NCBI GenBank assembly: GCA_963666265.2
Contig: CAXXHW010000006.1
Coordinates: forward strand, 572,999-636,998
Source of the DNA: Dehalococcoidia bacterium
Lineage (GTDB): Bacteria; Chloroflexota; Dehalococcoidia; SHYB01
Length of the DNA stretch: 64,000 nucleotides
Direction: 5' to 3'
Shown: piece by piece, positions 37,779 to 47,042 of the stretch
How the letters are laid out: each line of letters begins with the position of its first letter
How positions within the stretch are numbered: the stretch's first letter is position 1
Position numbers and translations under genes: made by a program
Notes under the pieces: generated by a model
The model's database searches: none
Told to the model about the DNA's origin: nothing
The model's input: only the letters and a program-made list of their open reading frames with translations

Positions 37779-38888
37779 TTACGCCTTCACCGAAGCCCTG
37801 TCGCGCCGCTTGAACTCCGGCAGGACGTACTTCCCAAAGAGCCGGATCGATTCCATGATCTTTTCATGGGGGAGCTTCCCGGCCTGCATGATGAGGACGA
37901 CCTGCTCCGGGTCCACCGCCGCATACTTTTCGATGGTGCGGATGCATGCGTCCGGGTCCCCCATGCAAAAGGTGCCGTCATCGATCAAGGGGGTGTGGTC
38001 GGCCTTCTTGAGCTCTTCCAACCGACGGCGTACCCGGGCATGGTACTGGTACGAGTCCGGAACGCTGTCCAGGCCCTCCCATGACTTGCTGAAGATTTCG
38101 GAGATCGTCTCGCGGTACCACAGGGCTTCGGGGCCACCGATGGCGCGGGCCTCGGCATCCCGCTCCGCGCAGAAGGCGAAGGAGAAGACGGCGATCCGAT
38201 TACTGACCTGAGCCCCCACCGGCGATGCCTGTTTGAGACCCTCTCGGTAGACCCTCGCGTAGTCGATCAGCCTATCCGGGCCGGTAACGGTCATGAAGAG
38301 GGCTCCAATGCCCCTCTTGCCGGCCAGCGCCGCCGTCTCCTGCTGGGTGCACGCCACCCACATGGGAGGGTGCGGCTTCTGGATCGGTTTGGGGATGACG
38401 TTCCGCAGTGGAAGATCGTAATAGCGCCCATGGTGCTCGAAAGCATCCTGCGTCCACATCTTCGGGATGATCTCGATCGCCTCTTCCCACATCGGGCGGG
38501 TGTCCTCCAGAGCGACACCGAAGGGCGAGAGCTGGTATGGCGTAGAGGAGCGTCCGGTCCCAAACTCGACACGCCCGCCGCTCAGGACATCGAGGGTGGC
38601 GACTCGCTCGGCGACGCGCAGCGGGTGGTTCATGGGGCTGGAGGTGAGGACAACGCCGTAGCCCAGCCGCATGGTGGAGGTGCGCTCGGCCATGGCCGCC
38701 AGCAACAGGTCCGACGCGGCGGCGTGAGAGACCTCTTCCAGGAAATGATGCTCCGCGACCCAGGTATAGTCGAAGCCCTCTTGCTCCGCCAGCGCCGTCT
38801 GATCGATGGCCTGCCGGTAGATGTCGTATTCGCTCCGCGCATGCCAGGGCCTCGGTACTTGAAGCTGAAAGAACAGTCCGAATTTCAC
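37779..38888 (-). CDS. LLM-class flavin/F420-dependent oxidoreductase
   Basis: GTG start after AGGAG. MKFGLFFQLQVPRPW, QEGFDYTWVAEHHF, GRVEFGTGRS. Paralog of 11176..12321. Confidence 0.9.
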   Translation of the reverse strand: MKFGLFFQLQVPRPWHARSEYDIYRQAIDQTALAEQEGFDYTWVAEHHFLEEVSHAAASDLLLAAMAERTSTMRLGYGVVLTSSPMNHPLRVAERVATLDVLSGGRVEFGTGRSSTPYQLSPFGVALEDTRPMWEEAIEIIPKMWTQDAFEHHGRYYDLPLRNVIPKPIQKPHPPMWVACTQQETAALAGKRGIGALFMTVTGPDRLIDYARVYREGLKQASPVGAQVSNRIAVFSFAFCAERDAEARAIGGPEALWYRETISEIFSKSWEGLDSVPDSYQYHARVRRRLEELKKADHTPLIDDGTFCMGDPDACIRTIEKYAAVDPEQVVLIMQAGKLPHEKIMESIRLFGKYVLPEFKRRDRASVKA

Positions 38889-38971
38889 CGATCACTCCTG
38901 GGGGTACGACTCTCTCAAACGAGTCCGGGCGTGTCGGCGAGTGTAGTGACACGCCGCGGCGGTGTCAAACG

Positions 38972-39709
38972 CTAACGAGACTCGATGGTGGAAGCCCCGG
39001 AGGAGTTCAGGTTCTTGATGGTGGGGTTGCCAAAGTAGGTCAGCCGGGAGGCGCCGCTGAGCCTGACCGGTCCCAGCTCTTTCCGAACATCTACCGTGGC
39101 GGCGCTGGCGCCGCTGAGGGTCAGCTCCGCCCGGTCCACGGGGAAATCCGTAAAGTCGAGGGTACTCGCGCCAGAGAGTCTGACCTTGATCCTCCTAGCC
39201 GATCCATCCAGAGTGATCCTGCTGGCCCCGGACAGGTCGATGTCCGCGTCCCCTGCCCCGATGTCTCCCTCCAACCTGCTGGCCCCGGAGAGACCGATAT
39301 CCAGATTATCGGAAGATTGAAAATCGGTGACGGTGGCACGGGAGGCCCCGCTGAGCCGCAACCCCCGCAGCTCCGGCATCTCGATCTCCACCCGAAGGGT
39401 CGCGGAGCTTACCGACAGTCCGCTTTCCAACCGGATCACGAGTCTGTCACCCGACCGGACAACCTCGATGCGGTCCAGGATATTGTCGTCGGCGGAGACG
39501 ATGACCGAAAAGACCGCTGACCGGGTAATGGTCAGCCCAAAGGCGCTTCCCGCTTCCACCGCCGCGAAGTCGGCAACCCGTTCCTCCCGATCGACGACGT
39601 TACCGGAGCCGGCAATGGTCTCGTTCAACGAGTCGCAGGCCGCCAGTGCCAGGACAGCCAAGGCCGCCAAGCCCGCCAAGCCCGCGATGATCAGGAAGCG
39701 TCTCTTCAT
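38972..39709 (-). CDS. DUF2807 / head GIN-domain lipoprotein with seven LSGAS repeats
   Basis: Lipobox LALAACDS. The motif [LS]SGAS[RTA] recurs about every 20-22 aa, which is beta-helix-like. Confidence 0.75.
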   Translation of the reverse strand: MKRRFLIIAGLAGLAALAVLALAACDSLNETIAGSGNVVDREERVADFAAVEAGSAFGLTITRSAVFSVIVSADDNILDRIEVVRSGDRLVIRLESGLSVSSATLRVEIEMPELRGLRLSGASRATVTDFQSSDNLDIGLSGASRLEGDIGAGDADIDLSGASRITLDGSARRIKVRLSGASTLDFTDFPVDRAELTLSGASAATVDVRKELGPVRLSGASRLTYFGNPTIKNLNSSGASTIESR

Positions 39710-39773
39710 AAAAGCAGGTTATCCTCGTTGCAGCCCTAGTCCATGATAGCTTTTCTTAGAGGCTCTACCAACA

Positions 39774-39843
39774 TCCCCTCTCCCCTGATGGGAGAGGGCT
39801 AGGGTGAGGGTGGAACCAAGCTGGCATGTCGTTTTTGGAATAC
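39774..39843 (+). repeat. Short (B-type) copy of the hairpin repeat with the conserved tail
   Basis: TCCCCTCTCCCCTGATGGGAGAGGGCTAGGGTGAGGGTGGAACCAAGCTGGCATGTCGTTTTTGGAATAC. It ends 3 nt before the permease stop codon, on the opposite strand. Confidence 0.7.
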
Positions 39844-39846
39844 ATT

Positions 39847-40581
39847 TTAGAGCTCTTTCCGACGAAAAATGACCCACGCCGCCAGCGGCAGTAGCACCAG
39901 GCAGCCGCAGAGGATGCCGAAAGCCGGCCACTCATTGGACGTCTCCGCTCGAATGATGCTGGCGGCCCAATCCGGGGCAACAATTGGCAGGTAGCGGTCC
40001 GTGTCAGGGACAGCCCGAAGGGTGTTGAGGACTATGAAGGTCGCGAAGGCGAGGCCGCCCGCCAGTAGCTGCCGGGTGAACATCGCGCTCCAGAACATAG
40101 CGATGAAGGCGATGAACAAGAGGGCGGCGCCGTTGATTACCATCCCGGTGGCAAACCTGCCCAGGCCACCGTCTGCAAACAGGATGAGGATGAGCACGTA
40201 GCCTACGGTGGATGCGACGATCACGCCAATGGCGATAGACGCCAGGAGGCCCAGCGCCTTGGCGGCGACGAATGCCGACCGCGTAACCGGCTTGCTCAGG
40301 GTCATGGCGGCAGTCCCGGTAGCCCGCTCCGTGGCCAGGACACCCATGCTGATGACGATGGCGATGAAGGTACCCAGGAAAGTCATGGTGACGGCGATGC
40401 CTTCCAGGGCCTCGACGGCCTGCACGACGCCATGGGGTTCATCACGGACACGGGTAACGATGGCGAAAATGGTAGGGCCTAATACGGCCGACAGCGAAAG
40501 GACGGCGGCCATGGCGACGAATTTCCAGGTCCGGCGCTGCTCCAGGACCTCCTTGCGGAGCAGCACCCAAAAGCCGGTCAT
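39847..40581 (-). CDS. ABC-2 type transporter permease
   Basis: 6-TM hydrophobic profile. A 4-nt overlap (ATGA) links it to the upstream ATPase gene. Confidence 0.8.
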   Translation of the reverse strand: MTGFWVLLRKEVLEQRRTWKFVAMAAVLSLSAVLGPTIFAIVTRVRDEPHGVVQAVEALEGIAVTMTFLGTFIAIVISMGVLATERATGTAAMTLSKPVTRSAFVAAKALGLLASIAIGVIVASTVGYVLILILFADGGLGRFATGMVINGAALLFIAFIAMFWSAMFTRQLLAGGLAFATFIVLNTLRAVPDTDRYLPIVAPDWAASIIRAETSNEWPAFGILCGCLVLLPLAAWVIFRRKEL

Positions 40582-41531
40582 TGGGCCTCTCCCTCCCCAC
40601 CAACCATCTCCACGAAGATCTCCTCCAGGCTGGCGGAGACAAGCTCGTACCGCAGCAGGGTCAAGCCTTCCTCGACCAGGAGCTTCGGCAACTCCCTTTT
40701 CGCGAGCTCCAGATCACTCGCTTCCACCTGCAACACATCCCGTCCGGACTGCTTGGCGATAGTCATGGAGCGCACCCACGGCAGTCCTTCAAGCCGTCGG
40801 AGAACGGGCGTCAGGTCCTCTTCGACCTCCACCTCGAACTTCGCCTGCCTGCCTTGGGTGCGGATCTCGTCGATGCCCCCTAACGCCACCAGGGCCCCCT
40901 TGTCGATGATCGCGACCCTGTCGCAAAGCCGCTCGACATCTGCCAGGATGTGGGTAGAAAGGAAGACCGTCGTCTCTCCCCGCAGGGCCCGTATTGTCTC
41001 CAGCATGTCGCGGCGGCCCATGGGGTCCAGGGCCGAAGCCGGCTCGTCCAGGAGCAGCACCCGAGGATGGCTCACGAGGGACTGGGCCAACCCCAGCCGC
41101 TGGAGCATCCCGCGTGAATAGCCTTGGACCCTCCTATCGGCGGCGGAGTCCAGGTCGACCTGGACCAGCAGCTCGTCGGCGCGAGAGCTGGCGATACCGC
41201 GATCAAGGCCGTACAGCCCCCCGGTGAACGTCAAGAATTCGCGCCCGGTCATCCAGGTATAGAAGGCAGGAGCTTCCGGCAGGTAGCCGATGAAGGAACG
41301 TAGCTCCAAGGAGTTACCAGACACCTCCCTGCCCTCGACCCAGACTCGGCCGGAAGTCGGCCGCGTCAGGCCCGCCAGAAGCCTGAGGGTCGTGGTCTTG
41401 CCCGCGCCGTTGGGCCCCAAAAAGCCGAAGATGGACCCCTGCTCGATGCTAAGGTCAAGCCCCTGAAGCGCCACAAAGCGACCGAACAGTTTTGTCAGAC
41501 CCTCGGCTCGTATCACTTCCACAGCGGGCAA
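40578..41531 (-). CDS. ABC transporter ATP-binding protein
   Basis: Walker A GPNGAGKTT, signature YSRGMLQRLGLA, Walker B LLLDEP. The start codon is uncertain (TTG at 41531 or GTG at 41522). Confidence 0.9.
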   Translation of the reverse strand: MPAVEVIRAEGLTKLFGRFVALQGLDLSIEQGSIFGFLGPNGAGKTTTLRLLAGLTRPTSGRVWVEGREVSGNSLELRSFIGYLPEAPAFYTWMTGREFLTFTGGLYGLDRGIASSRADELLVQVDLDSAADRRVQGYSRGMLQRLGLAQSLVSHPRVLLLDEPASALDPMGRRDMLETIRALRGETTVFLSTHILADVERLCDRVAIIDKGALVALGGIDEIRTQGRQAKFEVEVEEDLTPVLRRLEGLPWVRSMTIAKQSGRDVLQVEASDLELAKRELPKLLVEEGLTLLRYELVSASLEEIFVEMVGGEGEAQ

Positions 41532-41552
41532 CTTTCCGGGGCCGGGGTCCGG

Positions 41553-42404
41553 CTAGCTGTAATCGTAGAACCCCTTGCCGGTCTTTCGACCCAGGTTGCC
41601 TGCCGTCACCATTTGCTTGAGGAGCGGCGCGGCGCGATATTTAGAGTCGCCGAATTCAGCGTGCAACGTCTCGATCTCGTGCAGGCAGATGTCCAGACCT
41701 ATAAGGTCCGCCAGCTCTAGCGGCCCCATGGGATGGTTGGCGCCCAGCTTCATGACGATATCGATATGATCGCGGGATGCTATCCCCTCGGATAGGAGTA
41801 GTACCGCTTCGTTGATCATGGGCCCGAGGATGCGGTTCGCCACGAAGCCGGGGGAGTCTTTGACCACAACCGGGGTCTTGCCGATGGCCTGGGTCAAGGA
41901 CACGGCCTGCTCCACGGCATCGTCGCCACTCAAGTAACCCTTTACTACCTCAACAAGCCTCATCGCCGGCGCGGGGTTGAAGAAGTGCATCCCCACGAAT
42001 CGCTCCGGATATTTCACCGACGTGGCGAGAAGGGTGACCGGGATGCCGGAGGTGTTGGTGGCTACCAGAGTCTCACGGTCGTAGGCCCCCTCCAGCTCGC
42101 GGAACATCGCCATCTTGACCTCGGGGTCCTCGAACACCGCTTCTATAATCACCGAGGCGTCTTGAAGCTCCTTAAGGCTTCCCGCCGGGTGGATGTTGCC
42201 CAGGATAGTGTCCATCTCAGCCTGGGCCATCTTTTGCTGCTCGACCCGTTTAGAAAGCCGTCCGGCCAGGGCCGTAACTGCCTGCTCGACAAGCTCCGTG
42301 GAGCGGTCCACCAGCAGTACCTTCTTATCCGCCTGGGCCACCACCTGCGCAATACCCGATCCCATGGTCCCCGCACCGATGATGCCGATGGGGCCCTGTT
42401 TCAT
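41553..42404 (-). CDS. hbd: 3-hydroxybutyryl-CoA / 3-hydroxyacyl-CoA dehydrogenase
   Basis: [53 protein letters not shown]. Confidence 0.9.
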   Translation of the reverse strand: MKQGPIGIIGAGTMGSGIAQVVAQADKKVLLVDRSTELVEQAVTALAGRLSKRVEQQKMAQAEMDTILGNIHPAGSLKELQDASVIIEAVFEDPEVKMAMFRELEGAYDRETLVATNTSGIPVTLLATSVKYPERFVGMHFFNPAPAMRLVEVVKGYLSGDDAVEQAVSLTQAIGKTPVVVKDSPGFVANRILGPMINEAVLLLSEGIASRDHIDIVMKLGANHPMGPLELADLIGLDICLHEIETLHAEFGDSKYRAAPLLKQMVTAGNLGRKTGKGFYDYS

Positions 42405-42563
42405 TAACTACCTCCACTGAGAATCTCGCCGAAATAGTAGCACGCCGAAAAAAATGGAGTCAAACCAAAAGTCTCAAATTCGCATCCGCGCGAGGGCTTT
42501 TCGCATCCAACTGTGTGCGGTATAGTTTAGGTAGCCATCATCCCAAAGCAGAACTAGGAGGCC

Positions 42564-43562
42564 ATGGTTTCCATGGTGCAGGATCGTAAATATTTCGACG
42601 TGTTGATCCTGGGGCAGGGCGCTGCCGCTTTCGGAGCAGCCCTCTATGCAGCCCGTTATAGGGTTTCTACGGCCATGTTCGGCGGACTCTTCGGGGGCGA
42701 AACGGCCGTCGGGGGTGTCATCGAAAACTACCCCGGCGCCCCGCAGATCGATGGCTACGATCTCATGTTGAAAATGAAGGAGCAGGTGGACGCCCTGGAG
42801 GTACCCATCATTCAGCAGAACGTGACGGAGCTACGACACCAGAGCGACTGCTGGGAAGTGCTCGCCGGTGACGAGTGGTATCAGGGGTCTGCCGTCATCC
42901 TGGCCGTAGGGCGTGAGCGGCGGAAGCTCGGCATCCCCAGAGAGGATGAGCTGGTGGGCAAGGGCGTCTCTTATTGCTCCACCTGCGACGCCCCCCTGTA
43001 CCGCGACAAACGCGCCGTCGTCGTCGGAGGTGGGGACTCCGCTGTTAAAGGGGCGCTGCTCCTGGCCAAATACGCTAGCCACGTCTTCATCGTTTACCGA
43101 GGCGAAAAGTTCGTTCGACCGGAGCCCATTGCCGTCGACCAGGTTGAAACAACCCCCAACATCGAGGCCCTTTTCAACGCTCAGGTGATTGAACTGCGCG
43201 GCGAGGGCAGCCTCTCCGAGGTCGGGGTCCAGTACCACGACGGCGGAAATCGCCCTCTGCAGGTAGACGGCATCTTCATTGAGATCGGAGCCGACCCAAA
43301 CAGCCAAATGGCCCAATCCCAGGGCGCGGCCGTGAACGACCAGGACGAGATCGTCGTAGACAAGGGAATGCGGACGACGGTGGAAGGCCTGTTCGCCGCC
43401 GGCGACATCACCGACGCCTCAGGAGAGCTCAAACAGACCATCACCGCCGCGGCGCAAGGGGCGATCGCAGCCACCTCCGCTTACGAGTTCGTCTCCACCC
43501 ACCCGAATCGGTGCGCTATCCACGCCACAGGATACACTCTGGACGAACAGCCGCCGGCATGA
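42564..43562 (+). CDS. trxB: Thioredoxin-disulfide reductase-like FAD-dependent oxidoreductase
   Basis: GQGAAAFGAALYAAR, IENYPG, redox-active CSTCD, VVGGGDSA, FAAGDITD. Confidence 0.85.
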   Translation: MVSMVQDRKYFDVLILGQGAAAFGAALYAARYRVSTAMFGGLFGGETAVGGVIENYPGAPQIDGYDLMLKMKEQVDALEVPIIQQNVTELRHQSDCWEVLAGDEWYQGSAVILAVGRERRKLGIPREDELVGKGVSYCSTCDAPLYRDKRAVVVGGGDSAVKGALLLAKYASHVFIVYRGEKFVRPEPIAVDQVETTPNIEALFNAQVIELRGEGSLSEVGVQYHDGGNRPLQVDGIFIEIGADPNSQMAQSQGAAVNDQDEIVVDKGMRTTVEGLFAAGDITDASGELKQTITAAAQGAIAATSAYEFVSTHPNRCAIHATGYTLDEQPPA

Positions 43563-44428
43563 GAGGCGGCTGTTCGAGACCGGAGCTCCAGCACCGTTAT
43601 CTCCGGGCGTGCAAAGAACCGGACCGGCGGAAAGCTGAGGCCAAGCCCAGGGCTGACGTGCATCACGGTGCGACCCTTTGATATCGCCCCTGACGGCCTT
43701 TCCATCGGCGTCTTGGTGGCGGTCGTTGGTGTCCCGAAGGGCGGCAGGCGTACCTGCCCACCATGAGTATGGCCGCTCAGCGCCAGCGGTATCCCTCGGG
43801 CCGCTGCCTCTTCCAGGATGTCGGGGGAGTGCGATAGCAGCACCGTCGACCCCACCGAGTCCACTCCAGCCAGGGCCTGATCGAGGTCCGCAGCCTCGTT
43901 GAACATATCGTCGATGCCCACGATGGTCACTTGCGCGCCGTTGTGAGGGACTCTGACGCTGCTGTTCACCAGGACCGTGAGCCCGCACTGCTCCAGGGAC
44001 CGCACCATGGCGCCGCTATCGATACGACGGCGTAGTCGGAACTTCCGCTTGAGAGGCCAGGTTGGGCCGTAGATGGCATGCTCATGGTTGCCGGGCACCG
44101 CGAAGACGGCGCGCCGATCCGCGAAGCCCTGAAGCGCCTCGGTACAACGGCCCATCGCCTCGGGCCTCGTCACAAAATCGCCGGTGATCGCCACCAGGTC
44201 CGCCTCCACTTCACGGGCGCGTTCCAGAAACCTCTCGACCATGGAGGGCCGCATCCCCACGTGCAGGTCTGAGATGTGCAGGATCGTCAGGCCATCGAGG
44301 GCCGGGTCCCAGTTCTCCAGGTGGAGCACCCGATGCCGGAGCCTAAGCCAATTCGGCTCGATAAAGTGCGCGTACCCCACCACGAGGAGTACGGCCCCCA
44401 AGACTGAAAGAAGTATCACCAGCAGCAT
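43481..44428 (-). CDS. Metallophosphoesterase (YkuE/calcineurin-like) with an N-terminal TM helix
   Basis: ISDLHVG, ITGDF, GNHE, SGHTHGGQ motifs. The 3' end overlaps trxB convergently by 82 nt. Confidence 0.85.
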   Translation of the reverse strand: MLLVILLSVLGAVLLVVGYAHFIEPNWLRLRHRVLHLENWDPALDGLTILHISDLHVGMRPSMVERFLERAREVEADLVAITGDFVTRPEAMGRCTEALQGFADRRAVFAVPGNHEHAIYGPTWPLKRKFRLRRRIDSGAMVRSLEQCGLTVLVNSSVRVPHNGAQVTIVGIDDMFNEAADLDQALAGVDSVGSTVLLSHSPDILEEAAARGIPLALSGHTHGGQVRLPPFGTPTTATKTPMERPSGAISKGRTVMHVSPGLGLSFPPVRFFARPEITVLELRSRTAASHAGGCSSRVYPVAWIAHRFGWVETNS

Positions 44429-44546
44429 ACGGGGCCCGCCTCCTCTCGTCCCTTCGTTCGTGCGACGTCAGCCCATAAGGCTACCGCAGGCGGGAGTCAC
44501 GGTCAAAAACAAGGGCCGACCCGCCGCGCGGACCCCAACCGGGAGT

Positions 44547-44575
44547 TTGACATCCCCTCCATGTCTGCATAGCAT
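44547..44575 (+). promoter_or_regulatory. Sigma70-like promoter (TTGACA, 17 nt spacer, TAGCAT)
   Basis: -35 at 44547..44552 and -10 at 44570..44575, about 70 nt upstream of the ATG at 44645. Confidence 0.4.
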
Positions 44576-44644
44576 GAAGCCGTGGTGACCGCGCCGCGGC
44601 GCCAACATCTTCGTGGGTAAGACCCCCTAGAATAGCATCGCCTT

Positions 44645-45364
44645 ATGCCATCCGAGCGACCTGCCGTGCGACTGCTTCACACCTCCGATCTTCACGTCGG
44701 AGACGACATCGATCCTGGCGGTCGCCAATCGGGACTCAGGGGCGTCGTCGACCTCGCCTTGGAGCACTCGGTCGACGTGGTCCTCATGGCCGGCGACCTT
44801 TTCGACCATTCCCGCGTCCGCGATGAAGCGGTACAACCCGTCCTTCAGGAGCTCTCAAGGCTCAGCATGCCCACGATTATCATCCCAGGCAACCACGATT
44901 GTGTCGGAGATCATTCGATCTACGAGCGGGTGCGACTTCAAGATGCCGGCAACCACATACACTTCGCAGGCGCTGTCGGTGGAGAACACTTGCTTTTCCC
45001 TGAGCTGCGGCTTGCTGTCTGGGCCAGGGGTATTGAGGAGCATCACCCGGGTCATCGTCCCCTCGAAGGATATGAGCCAAACAGCGAAGATGATTATTGG
45101 CGAGTCGTCCTGACCCATGGACACTATGTGCCAGGCTCTGAAGAGTCCTATCGCTCCTCCCCAATCCACGAGCACGAAATTGCCGGCCTGGAGTGCGACT
45201 ACCTGGCCCTGGGTCACTGGCACAGGTTCATGGACCTGAGCGCCAATGGAGTCGCCGCCTTCTACTCGGGCTCACCGTCGGAGGCGGGCGCCGGTATCGA
45301 TAGCGCCAACCTGGTCACCCTGGACCCGCGCGGAGGCGTGCGGGTCGAGCGCCTTCACCTGTAA
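44645..45364 (+). CDS. Metallophosphoesterase (SbcD/Mre11-like DNA repair exonuclease family fold)
   Basis: LLHTSDLHVGDD, MAGDLFDH, PGNHD, LTHGH, GHWH. Confidence 0.8.
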   Translation: MPSERPAVRLLHTSDLHVGDDIDPGGRQSGLRGVVDLALEHSVDVVLMAGDLFDHSRVRDEAVQPVLQELSRLSMPTIIIPGNHDCVGDHSIYERVRLQDAGNHIHFAGAVGGEHLLFPELRLAVWARGIEEHHPGHRPLEGYEPNSEDDYWRVVLTHGHYVPGSEESYRSSPIHEHEIAGLECDYLALGHWHRFMDLSANGVAAFYSGSPSEAGAGIDSANLVTLDPRGGVRVERLHL

Positions 45365-45378
45365 AGGCCATCCCTGCC

Positions 45379-46059
45379 GTGTCTCAGAGCCCAATTGCCT
45401 CCGCCGTCCTCTTCGATCTGGACAACACCTTGCATGACCGGGATGCGGCCTTCCAGAGCTTTTGCCGAAGCCTGTTCCAGGAGAACGCTGCCATAAGCCG
45501 TACCCATACCGAGGAACAGGCGGTGGCCCTTATGGTGGAGCTCGATGATGCCGGAGAGCGTTCCAGGAGAGACCTTTTCGCTGATATCATCCGCCAATGG
45601 CCCGAGGTCTATCAGGACGTCGAGGAGGCGGTCCGGGCGTACGCCGCCTCGTACGCTCAAAGGGTCTCTTTGGACTCCGCGACGAAGCAGCTACTCCAGT
45701 ACCTGCGCTCCAGGAACACCCCCTGGGGAATCGTGACCAACGGAGGCGCAGATACACAGCGTGTAAAGTTCCAAGTTCTTGGACTGGACGGACTGACCTC
45801 CACCATCGTCATCTCGGGAGAGCTCGGTTTCAGGAAACCGGACCCGGAGATCTTCAAGCGGGCCCTGGCGGAGATCGGCGCGGATGCCTCTGTTACCATC
45901 TTCGTGGGAGACAACCCCAGCGTTGATATCATGGGGGCGGCAGAAGCGGGGATGTGCACCGCCTGGCTGCACCGAGGCCGGTCCTGGCCCTACACCGACC
46001 AGCCTCCCGACAACATCCTGAATCACGTCTCCGAAGTGCGCGGCCTCCTCCGCAGTTAA
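45379..46059 (+). CDS. HAD-IA family hydrolase
   Basis: AVLFDLDNTLHD (DxD motif I), IVTNG (motif II), FVGDNPSVDIMGA (motif IV). GTG start. Confidence 0.85.
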   Translation: MSQSPIASAVLFDLDNTLHDRDAAFQSFCRSLFQENAAISRTHTEEQAVALMVELDDAGERSRRDLFADIIRQWPEVYQDVEEAVRAYAASYAQRVSLDSATKQLLQYLRSRNTPWGIVTNGGADTQRVKFQVLGLDGLTSTIVISGELGFRKPDPEIFKRALAEIGADASVTIFVGDNPSVDIMGAAEAGMCTAWLHRGRSWPYTDQPPDNILNHVSEVRGLLRS

Positions 46060-46092
46060 GCCCCGGCTAAAACCGAGAGAAAAAGGAGTGCG

Positions 46093-47013
46093 ATGAGCGG
46101 AGATCCAAAGCCGATAAGCCTGAAGGAGCTGGATGACCTCTTCGAGCAGGTCAACAACTGGGGCCGTTGGGGCGAAGGCGATGAGCGGGGCGCGTTGAAC
46201 TTGATAACGCCGGAGAAACGGCGCAAAGCGAGCGCTCTCATGCAGGACGGAGACGTGGTCAGCGCCGCCCTTCCCCTGGCGACGCAGCTTGCCCCGGAGA
46301 ACCCCAGCCCCGTGGGTCATTACATGGTCCGGGCCGGCGACCTGCCTGGGGACAGCTGCGCCGATTATTTCGCCATCGCTCCCCACGGTATGGCCAACAC
46401 CCACCTGGATGCCCTTTGCCACTATTTCTACCACGGCAAGATGTACAACGGCGTCCCGGCCTCTAAAGTTACCTCCAGGGGTGCGGAGGCCAACTCTATC
46501 GAGGTCGCCCTGGACCGAATGGTCGGAAGGGGCGTGCTGCTGGATGTGGCCAGGGCACTGGGGCGAGACTGGCTGGAGCCCGGCGAGGCGATCTACATCG
46601 AAGACCTCGAAAAGGCGGAGGCGGCGCAAAACGTGCGTGTTGAAGAGGGTGACATCTTGCTGGTCCGCACGGGCCGCTTCCGCCGTCGGGCGCAGCTGGG
46701 AGGATGGAGTCCCACCTCCGGGCTGGCCGGGATGCATGGCACGTGCATGCCCTGGCTGCACAGCCGTGGGGTGGCGGCGCTGGGATGCGACGGCGTCAGC
46801 GACGTTATCCCTTCAGGCGTTGAAGGCGGCGGGGTGCCCATTCACACCGTGGCGATCCCCGGCATGGGGCTGCACCTGATCGACAACTGCGACCTGGAGC
46901 CCCTGGCCAAAGCATGCGAGGAGAAGGCCCGATGGGAGTTCCTGTTCGTTGTCGCGCCGTTGAAGCTGGTCAAGGGTACCGCCTCACCGGTGAACCCCCT
47001 CGCCATGTTCTAA
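46093..47013 (+). CDS. Cyclase family protein (kynurenine-formamidase-like fold), copy 1
   Basis: NWGRWGEGDERGALNLIT, PHGMANTHLDALCHYFY, LLVRTGR. RBS AAAAGGAG. Confidence 0.85.
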   Translation: MSGDPKPISLKELDDLFEQVNNWGRWGEGDERGALNLITPEKRRKASALMQDGDVVSAALPLATQLAPENPSPVGHYMVRAGDLPGDSCADYFAIAPHGMANTHLDALCHYFYHGKMYNGVPASKVTSRGAEANSIEVALDRMVGRGVLLDVARALGRDWLEPGEAIYIEDLEKAEAAQNVRVEEGDILLVRTGRFRRRAQLGGWSPTSGLAGMHGTCMPWLHSRGVAALGCDGVSDVIPSGVEGGGVPIHTVAIPGMGLHLIDNCDLEPLAKACEEKARWEFLFVVAPLKLVKGTASPVNPLAMF

Positions 47014-47042
47014 GCTAGCCGGAAGAGGACTGAGGAGGAGCC

